A stretch of DNA of 64,000 bases from Nemertoderma westbladi (taxonomy: Eukaryota > Animalia > Xenacoelomorpha): NCBI GenBank assembly GCA_032718475.1, contig JAUCBJ010003514.1:11586-75585 (forward strand). Reading direction: 5' to 3'. The notes below the pieces were generated by a model that saw only the letters and a program-made list of their open reading frames with translations, was not told the origin of the DNA and searched no databases. The translations under genes and the position numbers were made by a program. Below, piece by piece: positions 24,324 to 35,179 of this stretch; within the stretch, counting starts at the first letter, position 1; every line of letters begins with the position of its first letter.

Positions 24324-27300
24324 TTACATTTTTTCTTTACTTTCTTTGCATTCTTCGAATCTGTGTCCTCCTACCTCGCAGCGATGGAATAGTCCATTCT
24401 TATCAGCGTAGGCTATCCGATCTTGTTTGAGTAACGCCTGCCAATGCTTACAGTCCATGGTCTCATGGGTTCCATCTCTATGCAATTCACATTTGTATCC
24501 TGGATTGTAGCATTCCTTGTATAGCCCTTCACGTATTGCGCGTAGATTCATATCTACTGGTTTAGTGTTTTGGTTATTTGGACTCGGCCTACTGGGGGTA
24601 TTGGGATTATATTTGTTCATGTTGTTATTTTGTCCCTGTTCATGCCACGGTGTGGCCCTACTTCCAGCTGCCTGAGGACTACAAGTCCCCTGCGTGGCTG
24701 CATGTGGTAGCGACTGTCTCACTCTCGGGAATGCATCCACCGTATTATGTTCGGGTTTAGGCCTGTTGTATTTGGCTCTCAGTGCCCTCCCCAGACTATC
24801 CTCGCTGTAGACTGGGTCTGTAATTAGTTCCGCCTCATAGTTAAGGAAGTTCGACATCTCCTCTAGCCCTGGCTCCGCAGCCTTCTTCTCTCTGGTGGAA
24901 AAGGCGATCTTTCTCCACTTATTCCTCAGCCAGATCGGTAGTGCCTGCGCTATTGTAGTGATGTTATTCGATGCGTTGAGTTCGTAAGGTGCATCTAGGG
25001 TCTTTAGCACAATCAGCGCCTTTTCGACTTTATTCGCAAAGGTCTTGATGCTGACAGGGTATCCTGTAGTCCACCTGATGTTATTCCCCTTAAGGTTTGT
25101 CGGATGATCTTAGCAGGATGCCCGAATTCCCTGTCTAGGGCCTGCCATGCAGTCGTGAATCCACCTTCGATACCTTGGTACTGCCTTACAATGTTGTATG
25201 CTGGCCCCCCCCATGTAAACTTGTAAGTATTTTAGGCACTCCGCCTGCGTCAGGTTCTTTGTTAATATTTCGTTACTGTACATGCGCCGGAATTGCAAGT
25301 ATTCCCCCAGCCTACTACCATCAAATTTGAACGGCTCCACTGGTGGTAGCTCGATCCTGGTCTTAAGCGCGTCGATGAGTGTTGCCATTCCCATTGCTTG
25401 TACTTCTAGCGCGCTAGATGGTTGTGGTGTAGACTCCCCTGCTGTTGGGTGCAGTTTGCCCATCGGGCCTGTCGACTTTCTTTGCATTGTATATATCATC
25501 GGGGGTAACGGTCCTCTCCATATCTCTGTATCACACGACTTATTTGGGTCTGAGGGGTTTGGGGTTTTTGTTCTTGGTTGAGTGTATTGCTGATATTGCA
25601 ATGGGGGGATGTCACCCTGCCCCCCCCCCCCCCCCCCCCCCCCACCGGTGTTATATTTGGTACTGGGGTTGATGTTACCATGTTAGGGCCCATGCATCTA
25701 TCGGCAATAGCTCCCCCCCCCCTCCCCTGGGTATATATTATATCCTTGCATATTATAGTTATACTGGTGTGCAGGTACCGGTATAGGCCTATCCACTTCT
25801 TGCCTACCTACCGGTATGTATGCCACGACTTCCGGGTCAAATCCCATTGTCCGCGCTACCCTATCACCTACACTATCTCTCCCAGCATGGCCTATAGTAT
25901 GTGCAGTAAGGCCTACAGTATCTCCTGCAGTCAGCCTGTGTCCTTCTGGACCGAAGTTTAATCTTCTCGAATATTCCAAGAAGTCCTCCCTGCGACTACC
26001 ATATTCTCGATCGGCAGCTACGTTCAGTCAGGAAGTTTCTCTTCGATCCCCTCTCCTGTCCTCGTCCTCGCACCGGTACATCCTGTACCCTTCTCCCGGT
26101 GTGTGGTATATCTCACCAGGTTGTGTCTCTCCGGGGCGACGGCAATCTCCCGGAGTTTGACCCCACCAGCTCTCTAACTCCATCTCGACTACCGACGGTT
26201 CACTGTCCGTCCTTCCTCTCCGGTTGCTCGTAGCAATGCTCCTTCTATTCTCTTCACTTTGTCTCACTTCAGTGCAGTGATCCTCCTCGTGAGATCTCGC
26301 TTCGACCTCCCGGATAAACTCCACTGTTCATCTTCCGTCTTCTGACTGGGCTCGACGTCTTCTCGCTTGCCCGCTCATGGCGCCAACGTCTCTCTCTCTC
26401 TGCCCAGTTGGACAGTCCTGGGGATACTCGCAATCCCCCCACTATTCTCTGTCGTCGGGTGCCGCGGTTCACCTAACTCGCCGCACGCATTGTCTGCCGA
26501 CGCTTGTGGGACATTCTCTGCCCCCCCCCCCCCCCTCCTCTCGGCACTAATCTCTCATGGTGGGGTGCTCGTAGCCCCCCCCCCCCTCATCCGCCACCTC
26601 CCACTTTGCTTCTATGCCCCTCTCTAGTCGACGCACTATCTCTACCCTCGCTGGGTCTATTCACCCCCGCCTCTCCCTGTGCAACTGTGTGGCCTTGCAG
26701 GCTCCCATTGGGTTGACTCAACCCCGCTAATCCCTGTGCAACTACGTTGCCTTGCAGGCTCTCGTTGGGTTGACTCACCCCCGCTACTCCCTGTGCAACT
26801 GCGTGGCCTTGCAGGCTCTCGTTCGCCGGGCCACCTGTCCCCCTTACATTTGTATTAATTGCACCGTTATTAGTAATATTATTTTGATTAATTTCCTCGG
26901 GGTTATTTAACGTATTATTGTTACCTAAATTATTATTTAAATTATTTAAATTATTTTGCTCAGAATTAGGGTTGTTATTTGGATTATTTTGCACATTTAA
27001 ATTAGGGTTATTATTTGGATAATTTTGCACATTTAAATTAGAATTATTATTTGGATTATTTGCACATTTAAATTAGAATTATCATTACCAGGTAAAATAT
27101 TATTTCCTGCGAGAAAGGTTTGATTGGGGTTGTCTATTACGGTACTATTAATATTAACTCCCTCTAACGTATTATTATTATTACCCCCCTCGCCCGTACG
27201 GTTACACCAGACCTGGGTCTGTCATCCGGTACCTGTAAGTGGGGTATTAACAAAGGTTTCCATTACCTCTGGTTCCTCGTAAATACTACCCAAACCAGCC

Positions 27301-27410
27301 TCACTCTCCGATAATCCCAACTTTGCCAGTTCTAACCGGCGCTTTTGCTTCGCTTGGTATTGCATAAGCCCCCTCAACCAGGTATGCATATCATCCCGCA
27401 TACGCTTTCC

Positions 27411-27459
<49 letters not shown>

Positions 27460-28365
27460 CCTCATACTTTGGTTGGCCAATTCTACCTCCCTCGCCTCCC
27501 GCTCTCTACGCTTGTTCACTTCTCTTGCCTCTCACTCTCTACGCTTATTCGTTTCCCTCTCTACCCTCGCTGCCTCTTTCGCTTCTCGCTCTTTGCGCTC
27601 GTTTTCTACTCTTGTCTCCCGCTCCCTGTGCTCGATTTCTACTCTCGTCTCCCGCTCCCTGCGCTCGTTTTCTACTCTCGCCTCCCGCTCCTAGTGCTCG
27701 TTTATCTCTCTCTCCTCCCGCTCCCTATAGTTTCTCGCCACCCTCTCAGCCCTCTCTTTACACTCTCTCGCTAATTCCCTCTCCCTCTCTAATCGTGCAG
27801 TTCCCTCGTCTAACTGCCTCTCCAATTCCTTTTGATCCAGCGCCACAATGTATAGTTGACACACCAGATCTATCTCTAACACCCTTCTTGCTTTTGCGGA
27901 GGATGTAGCGGACTTATCGGCCGCGATGGACTCCCGTCGCCTCTCTGTCCTACTAACTTTCCCCCGTTTACTGGGGTTCTTACTAACCGACGACACCGAA
28001 TCCTCGGGGTTAACCTCGGATTCGCCGTCGTGCAGGTCCGCCCATCCCACTAACTTAATTCCCCTAGCATCCACTAAGTAAGGCCCTACGTACACTACAT
28101 CTGGCTCCATTACCTCAGACCGCCACAATTCAAACAGTTCTGTGGCGACCCCCCTCGCTCTCTCACTCGCCTGTTCTCCCTGTCCAAAATGGACTAAGTA
28201 ATGGAAATGTTTATTCGACTCACCTAGCCTCTGGTATAGTTTAGGCTGGTCTACCTTTCTCCCCTCCTTAGCCTCTTTGAGTAGTTTCTTTGTGGCGTTG
28301 TACGCACGTTGTAGGCGATCACTCGTCCCGACATCCTCTTCGTTGACTCTACCTTCCCTCCTCAT
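24324..28365 (-). pseudogene. BEL/Pao gag, fragmented, with N-rich and ER-rich expansions
   Basis: ORF pieces 27691-28365, 26587-27030, 25110-25601 (DUF1759-like) and 24324-25010 (Cys-His boxes CELH..H...C, HRC...H...C). Confidence 0.8.
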
Positions 28366-28743
28366 CCGGCGTCATACCGGCGGCCCCACCGTTGCCATTC
28401 CAGTGGGCCGTTCATCGCCCTCGGCCTGTTGCTGGCCGGCAACTTCGGTACTCCTACTGCCGTCATTGTCGCGCGTCGACTCGTTGTTATCTTTCCCTCC
28501 TCATAGTTGACGGCTGCCCTCCACTTGGGTAGTCGGATCGTCCCTCGTTGGCAAATCCGAGGTGGCAGGCCGGTACTGTCTCGTCGCGGCCTCTCCGATC
28601 GTTTGGTTGGTGTCATCCGGTGTCCGCGGCAGCGTTCTTTCTCCCTCTGACTCTCAGGGCATTTGGTTCCTTCCACTCATCTTGTTCTTTGATGATTCTG
28701 GGTTGCGGTCACAGTCCTAGTTGTAGGTTGGAAAGTTTTCAAC

Positions 28744-29140
28744 TGTGACGGGATCTGAGATCCCGACTGGGTAAGATTTATACGCGTCACCTGACTGTTG
28801 GTCTGCTGGGCTAGTGTTCTTTTGGCCGAAGGCCGTTGGGGAAAAATAACAGAGTTTGTGTTTCTCAATGTTAATGTTCCAACGATAATAGCACAGAATC
28901 AGTCACAGTATATGATCGGTAAATCACTAATACAGAATAACAACAGCAGTGTACTGTGTATAGTGATGACGGTTGAAAACTATAACCGGTCTGCAACACT
29001 GTGATTAATGAACTGACCGGTAAATCAGTAATACAGGGTAACTATATGATTGATACACATAGATATTGGGTATATGATGGGTAAAATGCCACTGGTCCCA
29101 TTTTCGGGTGGGTAATGTAAGGGAATTGAATCCGCTTACA
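28744..29140 (-). repeat. 5' LTR of the BEL/Pao element, ~275-bp internal deletion
   Basis: Matches 61850-62520 except for a block missing near 29070. Confidence 0.88.
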
Positions 29141-29343
29141 TTAAATATTATTTTTAGTTTAATCGTGTTAGGTATAGGTTTAAATTTATTACATCATTAT
29201 ATTGGATATTATACGAGTCCTATGGGCTCAATCAATCAAAAACAGTACTTAAACCACCAAAAGTTAATTACTTTCTAGTGTATTCGGCGTATTCCCAGAA
29301 CAGCTGATGTGAATCAACTACATTCACTATATTATTGTGTTAT

Positions 29344-30864
29344 GGCAGTGATTTTTTATGTCAATTTATTTGACTTTTTTTGTCAATTTTTTTTTACGAA
29401 TTATGCATAATGACTTTTGTTGTCCATTTAATGACTTTTATTGTCAATTTTTATGTATGTATTTCTTCAAACTGTCAGACTGCTGATTTCTGGACTGTCA
29501 GACAGTTGATTTCACTATGCCTGTGCCAAAACATTCCATGATTCCATGATTTATAGATTATGAGATAGATTTCCATATGCGCCTGTGGTAAAAAGACTCT
29601 ATATTTAATAGTTTGTGGTTGTTGTCGATAATCGATTACCACATGACGTAGCAAAACACTCATTTTATAGCCAAAAACAATTACCAATTGATGGAAAGGA
29701 GCAGGTTAAGGCCGAGTTTTCTAACCAAAACAATAAACAGTCACTTTACCAAATCAGGGAAAGGAGCAGGTTACAGAGACGGGATTTTCTAACCAAAACA
29801 ATAAACGATCACTTAACTAATTGAGGGAAAGGAGCAGGTTACAGAGGCGGGATTTTCTAACCAAAACAATAAACGATCACTTAACTTATTGAGGGAAAGG
29901 AGCAGGTTACAGAGGCGGGATTTCCTAACCAAAACAATAAACGATAACATTACCAATTGAGGGAAAGGGGCAGGTTACAGAGGCGGGATTTTCTAACCAA
30001 AACAATAAACGATCATTTAACAAATTGACGGAAAGGAGCAGGTTACAGAGACGGGATTTTCTAACCGAAACAATAAACGATAACATTACCAATTGAGAGA
30101 AAGGAGCAGGTTACAGAGACGGGATTTTCTAACCAAAACAATAAACGATAACATTACCAATTGAGAGAAAGGAGCAGGTTACAGAGGCGGGATTTTCTAA
30201 CCAAAACAATAAACGATAACATTACCAATTGAGGGAAAGGAGCAGGTTACAGAGGCGGGATTATCTAACCAAAACAATAAACGATCATTTAGCTAATTGA
30301 GGGAAAGGGGCAGATTACAGAGGCGGGATTTTCTAACCAAACTGTCAACGTCTGAGAATGTACGAATCCGTATATACCCTTTATTGGACGAACCTCTTGG
30401 CCGTCCGACCCTTTGGGCTAAAAACGGGTCGTTGTTTTCGCTATCATTGTGACTACCGGTAACAAACGGTAACGGGGTATAACATGTATAAGTAGTTTTT
30501 TCGAGTACGGATGAGTTTATGAACTGATCTGTGCTGTTGGAAGTAGTGGTGCCGCTATCCGTAACACTACTCAGACAGTAGTCATGATCCATTATTGATT
30601 ATAAAACTATTACAGTAATAGGCCTAAATTATGTGAAAGATATATCCACATTTTCCACAATCCAGTTTCGCCTATCAATTATTTAAAATTTATTAGCACA
30701 ACCGGTAGGCCTACCATTACCGTATTTAAATGGTAGGCTACACAGTAGGCCTATAGCAGTACCAGTGCCGGTACCGGTACTAAAATACAGAATAACATTA
30801 GACTTTTGGATGACATAAAAAATCAAAAAAAATTGACAAAAAAAGGATAAAAATGGACAATAAA
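29344..30864. mobile_element. Putative insertion with imperfect subterminal inverted repeats
   Basis: Flanked by the direct repeat ATTATTGTGTTAT; GATTTTTTATGTCA near the left end versus TGACATAAAAAATC near the right end; absent in copy B (~62710). Confidence 0.5.
29690..30340 (+). repeat. 68-bp tandem repeat, ~10 copies
   Basis: GGAGCAGGTTACAGAG(G/A)CGGGATTTTCTAACCAAAACAATAAACGA... at 29763, 29831, 29899 and onward. Confidence 0.97.
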
Positions 30865-31453
30865 AATTATTGTGTTATTATATACAATACCTACCTACAG
30901 TATATTATATTAGCAACATTATGTATATTTGATTTTCAATTTCATTTTATATTTCTAAATACAGATTTTCTTATGTTTTCCAATACAAATATCAAATTTT
31001 TTAAAACGAGACGCGCTTTCTCATTTTTCCCATTTCTGAACAAAACTATAATATTATATCTATATTTCTAAATACAGATTTTCATATATTTTCCTATAGA
31101 AATATTAAATTTTTTAAATGAATAATTTTTTCCGGAGGCCTATTCATTAAATAGTTACTGTAATTTACAGTATTATTTTTAAAAACTTAAACATATTGTA
31201 TTATTTCTATATTCTAGAATAATTGTAAAATCTAAAATTGAAAATATCAACGGACAAATATCGTTTAAAAAACGTAAATAAAAAGTCGAAATCGATGGAG
31301 ATAATGAGTGATTTAAGCAGATAATAAAATGTAACCTTGAAGTTAACTAAATACTATAGTTACAATTTATTGTCCTTCTTGTGTTGGCGCTGAATAATTT
31401 AATATTTCATACCAGAAATAATATATTTTCTAAATAAATAATTATTTTTATAG

Positions 31454-31724
31454 GCTGAAATGCGCCGCACCTGCGGATGATGGTTCTGATTGCGCATTCT
31501 CTAACGCTGCTTCAGGCGGGGGAAGTGAAGCGGCGAATTTCGAGAGTGTCGGAGGAAAGTGTTCCTGCAGAGATGCCGCGAAAACCCCCAAGTATTCCAA
31601 CAGCGCGGAGGGGTTGGCTGAAGGGCGATACAAGTGTGAGGATGAAAGTAGTGGGGATGCTGGTAGCATCAGTAGGATGAGTTGCTGGATGGTGTTGGCC
31701 ATTCTCATCTTGGTGTTTGTCTAG
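31454..31724 (+). CDS. Cys-rich surface protein, copy A, terminal exon (module 3 plus GPI-anchor-like signal)
   Basis: tttttatag|G acceptor, phase 2 matching the previous exon; LKCAAPADDGSDCAFS...GGKCSCRD...YKCEDESSGDAGSISRMSCWMVLAILILVFV-stop. Confidence 0.85.
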
Positions 31725-34201
31725 ACACGATCACATACACTTATGTACAGTAGTAGGCCTACATCATATGTAAATACTGTAGAAACTTTTGCACACACAG
31801 TCGGGTGAGTGAGGGAGACGGATTTTTTTTTAATAAACACGTTTTGAATAACACAAAACTATTGTAAATTATTTGACAATACCACACAAAAATTTTCAAA
31901 ATACTTCGGCAGCTCCAAATAAAAACCCAGTAAGTACATTTTTTGACTTTTCGCGATAATCGCGTTTAAAGTTTTTGGACTTTAAACAACTGGCATTTGG
32001 TTAAAATTTAATTTGATGAGTTATACTTTTGTGTACCTTTACAAATTGTACATATATACACCATGACCAGTAATATAGTGTTATTTTCTGACGACACGGA
32101 CCCCCCCCCCCCAAATTTTTCTACAAATCTTTATCATATCGCTTGAAATTTGAAACACAACTACAGTAGGGGTCTCAAAGTGCATCTGTTCTTTGAGATT
32201 TTCTCAAAGATTTTCTAAAAGTGTCTAAAAGTCATTACATTACTCCCAACGGCCGCTTTGAATTCTTGTAGACACTTTTAGTTGGTAATCTCAAAGTGAT
32301 TTCCTGCTTTTAGGCACTTTGAATTCTTTGAGAAATGTCACTTTGAGGTAGTTTGCGGCACTTTGAATTCTTTGCGAAAATAAACTCCGAGGTATTGACA
32401 ACTCGTGGTATGTCAACAGATGCAGAGGCATTCTCGGGGAACAATATCATGCAGACAACAAAGTGATACTTGTGGGCTGGCCAGTTGTTGCCTAGAAGCT
32501 ATTCCCATTAATTTATCACATTGAGGTTCCTGGGGTCATTACGGGATGGGTTTTCGGTCGCAAGTACAAATTGAATTTACGGCGCCCTTTGACAAGCATT
32601 CTACCCCCCCCCCCCCCACCCACCATTCCCTTGGAAATAAAAACCTTTTATAAATGTCTTTCTAAAAAAACATTCTTAAAAATCAAATAATGCATGAAAC
32701 ATAATTAGTGAAACAAGATTAATGCTTGACAAGAAAAATTAATTTAATAATAACATAAAACATTATAAAATTAACAATTAATATAAGAGAAACTGCACTG
32801 CAGTTTCTCTGTGTATACGCAGTTTCATTATAATGTCCTGAAGAAGCCCTGTTGGGAGAAAGTTATAATAACTTTCATTATTCACCTGAGGTCAACCATA
32901 TGACTCTCTAGGCCACTGATGTTAGGACAAAGTCAGAAAGTCAGAATGTCCGAATGAATGAATTCTGAATGAATGAATTCTCAGAATTTTCCGCATTGCG
33001 TCATTTCTCATAGGCCACTGTCAACAGAGGAAGGGAGATCGCTCTGATTGGCTGAAATATATGTCAACAAAGCAGATTCCTCACACAAAGGAACAGCTGG
33101 TAGATTTTGTCATTCTAACTCTGAGATTTTTGACAGACATGTAGTTGTACAATTATAAGCCTTTTAGAGTATTTAGCGCATTGCGCAAAATGACTTATTT
33201 TGTCCGCAAAAGCTTTTACAGGTGCCTCAGATGGCGGTACACATCAATTGAATTACAGTAAAACAATTAAAATGCACCAGGATTGAAAATTATACATGAT
33301 ATTTATTATGAAAAAGTGCCTTACCGCTTTAAATTGGATGGCGGTTTTAATGAACTGTTAATAATTTTGTCCTTGTAAGGAGAACTATTTGAACGACCAC
33401 CTAAATTGGTATAAAATTTGGGATAATAATTTAACAAATTAATTATCGTATTTTTTGCTTTTTCTCTGCTCTACTACAGTATCATTTCACCTCTTATGGA
33501 TTTTTGTACGAATTTACAAAAATGGGAATGGGGGTTCATGGCTCCCACCTGTAGCCGTCAAGTCTCACCCCCCATTGAAGGTTTTTTTCGTTTTTTTCGT
33601 TTTCACGCTTTTTCGTAAATACGAATTATTGGTTTTAAGGGGGGGGGGGGGGGGGGGGGGGCTTACACCATTTTCGAACAACTCTTCGATTTATCACTCT
33701 CAGCGTTTCAAAATTGTTTGGTTTTGGCTAAAATTTTGAATATAGGTGTCTGAGATGCATTCTACATGACAGGTCAGAAAAGTTTTTTTTTCGCTATTTA
33801 AGATTAGTTAATACTAGTTAACAATAAAAAAAACTTAGTTGCGCTTAAAACACTAAGGCTTTTACAGTTTTGAATCTAATCACTTGAAAGTTTTTTTATA
33901 TGATATATCAAAGATGGGGCAACATAACTATCAGGCGAAATTTTGTGAAAATAATTCTGCACCGCTAGGTGGCGCTGCAAATTTATGCAAATTTTTAGGT
34001 TTGTTATAAATAGTATTAAATTTTATTAACAAGAAATTTCGAAAAGTTGTCAGAAACTTTTATGCAGGGTGGCTATTTAGACACCCACAGAAAGTTTCAG
34101 ACTAATTGCTCAAAAATTGTAGAAGTAGTAGGATTTTGAAGTTGACAATTTCATAAAAAAAACGTCTAACAAAGGTTGCCAAGGATTTTGAAAAGCTAGA
34201 A

Positions 34202-35164
34202 TTGCGACTGGATGATAAATTACTTCAATTCGAAGAAGAAGTTGAGCACCTTCGTATGCAATCGATTAGACAGGAGCAAGTAATTGGAGATAATAATCAA
34301 AAGGCTCATACGAGGATAAATGAGTTGCGAGATGTTATTGGAAGTAAAGCAGAGGAAAGTCAAAAGAAGATAGATGATCTTGAAACTGAAGTAATGAATG
34401 TTAAGGACTGCACCAACAAGTATAATGTCAGTAGTCAACCGGAAGAAGTCAATGGTGGCCAATGGACCAAGGTATCATATTCTGCGAAGGTAAAAACACC
34501 TCGAAATAGTAATGGTACGAATATCGCCATTCTCTCGAAACAAATAAAATTAGAGGAGGAGGAACATAACAAACGCAAAACGAATGTTGTCGTTAAGGGA
34601 TTGAGAGGTCACGATGACAAGGCACAAGTTATTGACATTGCTGCATATCTGGACATCCAATTATCCAAAGAAGAAATAACGACTAAGCGTGTATCCAAAC
34701 AGCCATTGTCTAACCAACAAAGTAAACTGCTGATAGTAACTGTTCCACGGGAGAAAAGATCATCTCTCTTAAGGAAAGCTCGAGAATTGCGTCACTCTGA
34801 TAGATATGACAATATATATATTACACCGGACTATACCCCAGAAGAAAGTAGATCACAGTTCGAGTTACGTGAGGAACGGCGGCGACTAATGGTTGCGTAC
34901 CCAGATAAATACTGGGTAATAAATAAAGGGTCGGTAGTAGAGAGTCCACGGAGCACAATTCATAGGAGTAAGTCTGTTATGGTCAAACCGTCAAATGGTC
35001 CGGCAGATATCACTACTCCGTCATCGCAGGCTGACCACGACGCGACAACAACAGCTCACCAAATAGTTGATCTCACCAACCCCTCTCCAAACGCCCACTC
35101 AAATAGTGAACAGCAATCTCGCACTCGGCAGAGCTTTGAGGACCTAGTTACAAAGACTGATTGA
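34202..35164 (+). CDS. LINE ORF1 (coiled coil plus RRM-like domain), 5' end uncertain
   Basis: Heptad-rich N-terminus; RKTNVVVKGL; IYITPDYTPEE motif typical of CR1/L2 ORF1. Confidence 0.8.
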   Translation: MRLDDKLLQFEEEVEHLRMQSIRQEQVIGDNNQKAHTRINELRDVIGSKAEESQKKIDDLETEVMNVKDCTNKYNVSSQPEEVNGGQWTKVSYSAKVKTPRNSNGTNIAILSKQIKLEEEEHNKRKTNVVVKGLRGHDDKAQVIDIAAYLDIQLSKEEITTKRVSKQPLSNQQSKLLIVTVPREKRSSLLRKARELRHSDRYDNIYITPDYTPEESRSQFELREERRRLMVAYPDKYWVINKGSVVESPRSTIHRSKSVMVKPSNGPADITTPSSQADHDATTTAHQIVDLTNPSPNAHSNSEQQSRTRQSFEDLVTKTD

Positions 35165-35179
35165 CAACCAACCATCCCG

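Larger units (their letters stand above)
20657..29140 (-). mobile_element. BEL/Pao-derived LTR element with gag and protease only (no RT/RNase H/integrase seen)
   Basis: Terminal repeats TGTGACGG...CCGCTTACA at 20657-21328 and 28744-29140, flanked by TTAA on both sides; poly-G PPT; BEL gag motifs (VNPEDSVSSV, LPPVEPFKFDG, LPIWLRNKW, DPVY) and protease (LIDSGA, IIGMD, TPFGWTLSGP). Confidence 0.88.
8466..33040 (+). repeat. Segmental duplication, copy A
   Basis: Collinear near-identity with 40225-64000: 8470~40230, 12181~45599, 15999~51517, 18006~53738, 25121~58231, 31454~63164, ~33040~64000. Confidence 0.93.

Noticed and set aside
31448-31708. Minus-strand 86-aa ORF with a signal-like start (and 63158-63418)
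   Set aside because: Antisense shadow of the plus-strand terminal exon, which has a proper acceptor, matching phase and Cys pattern.
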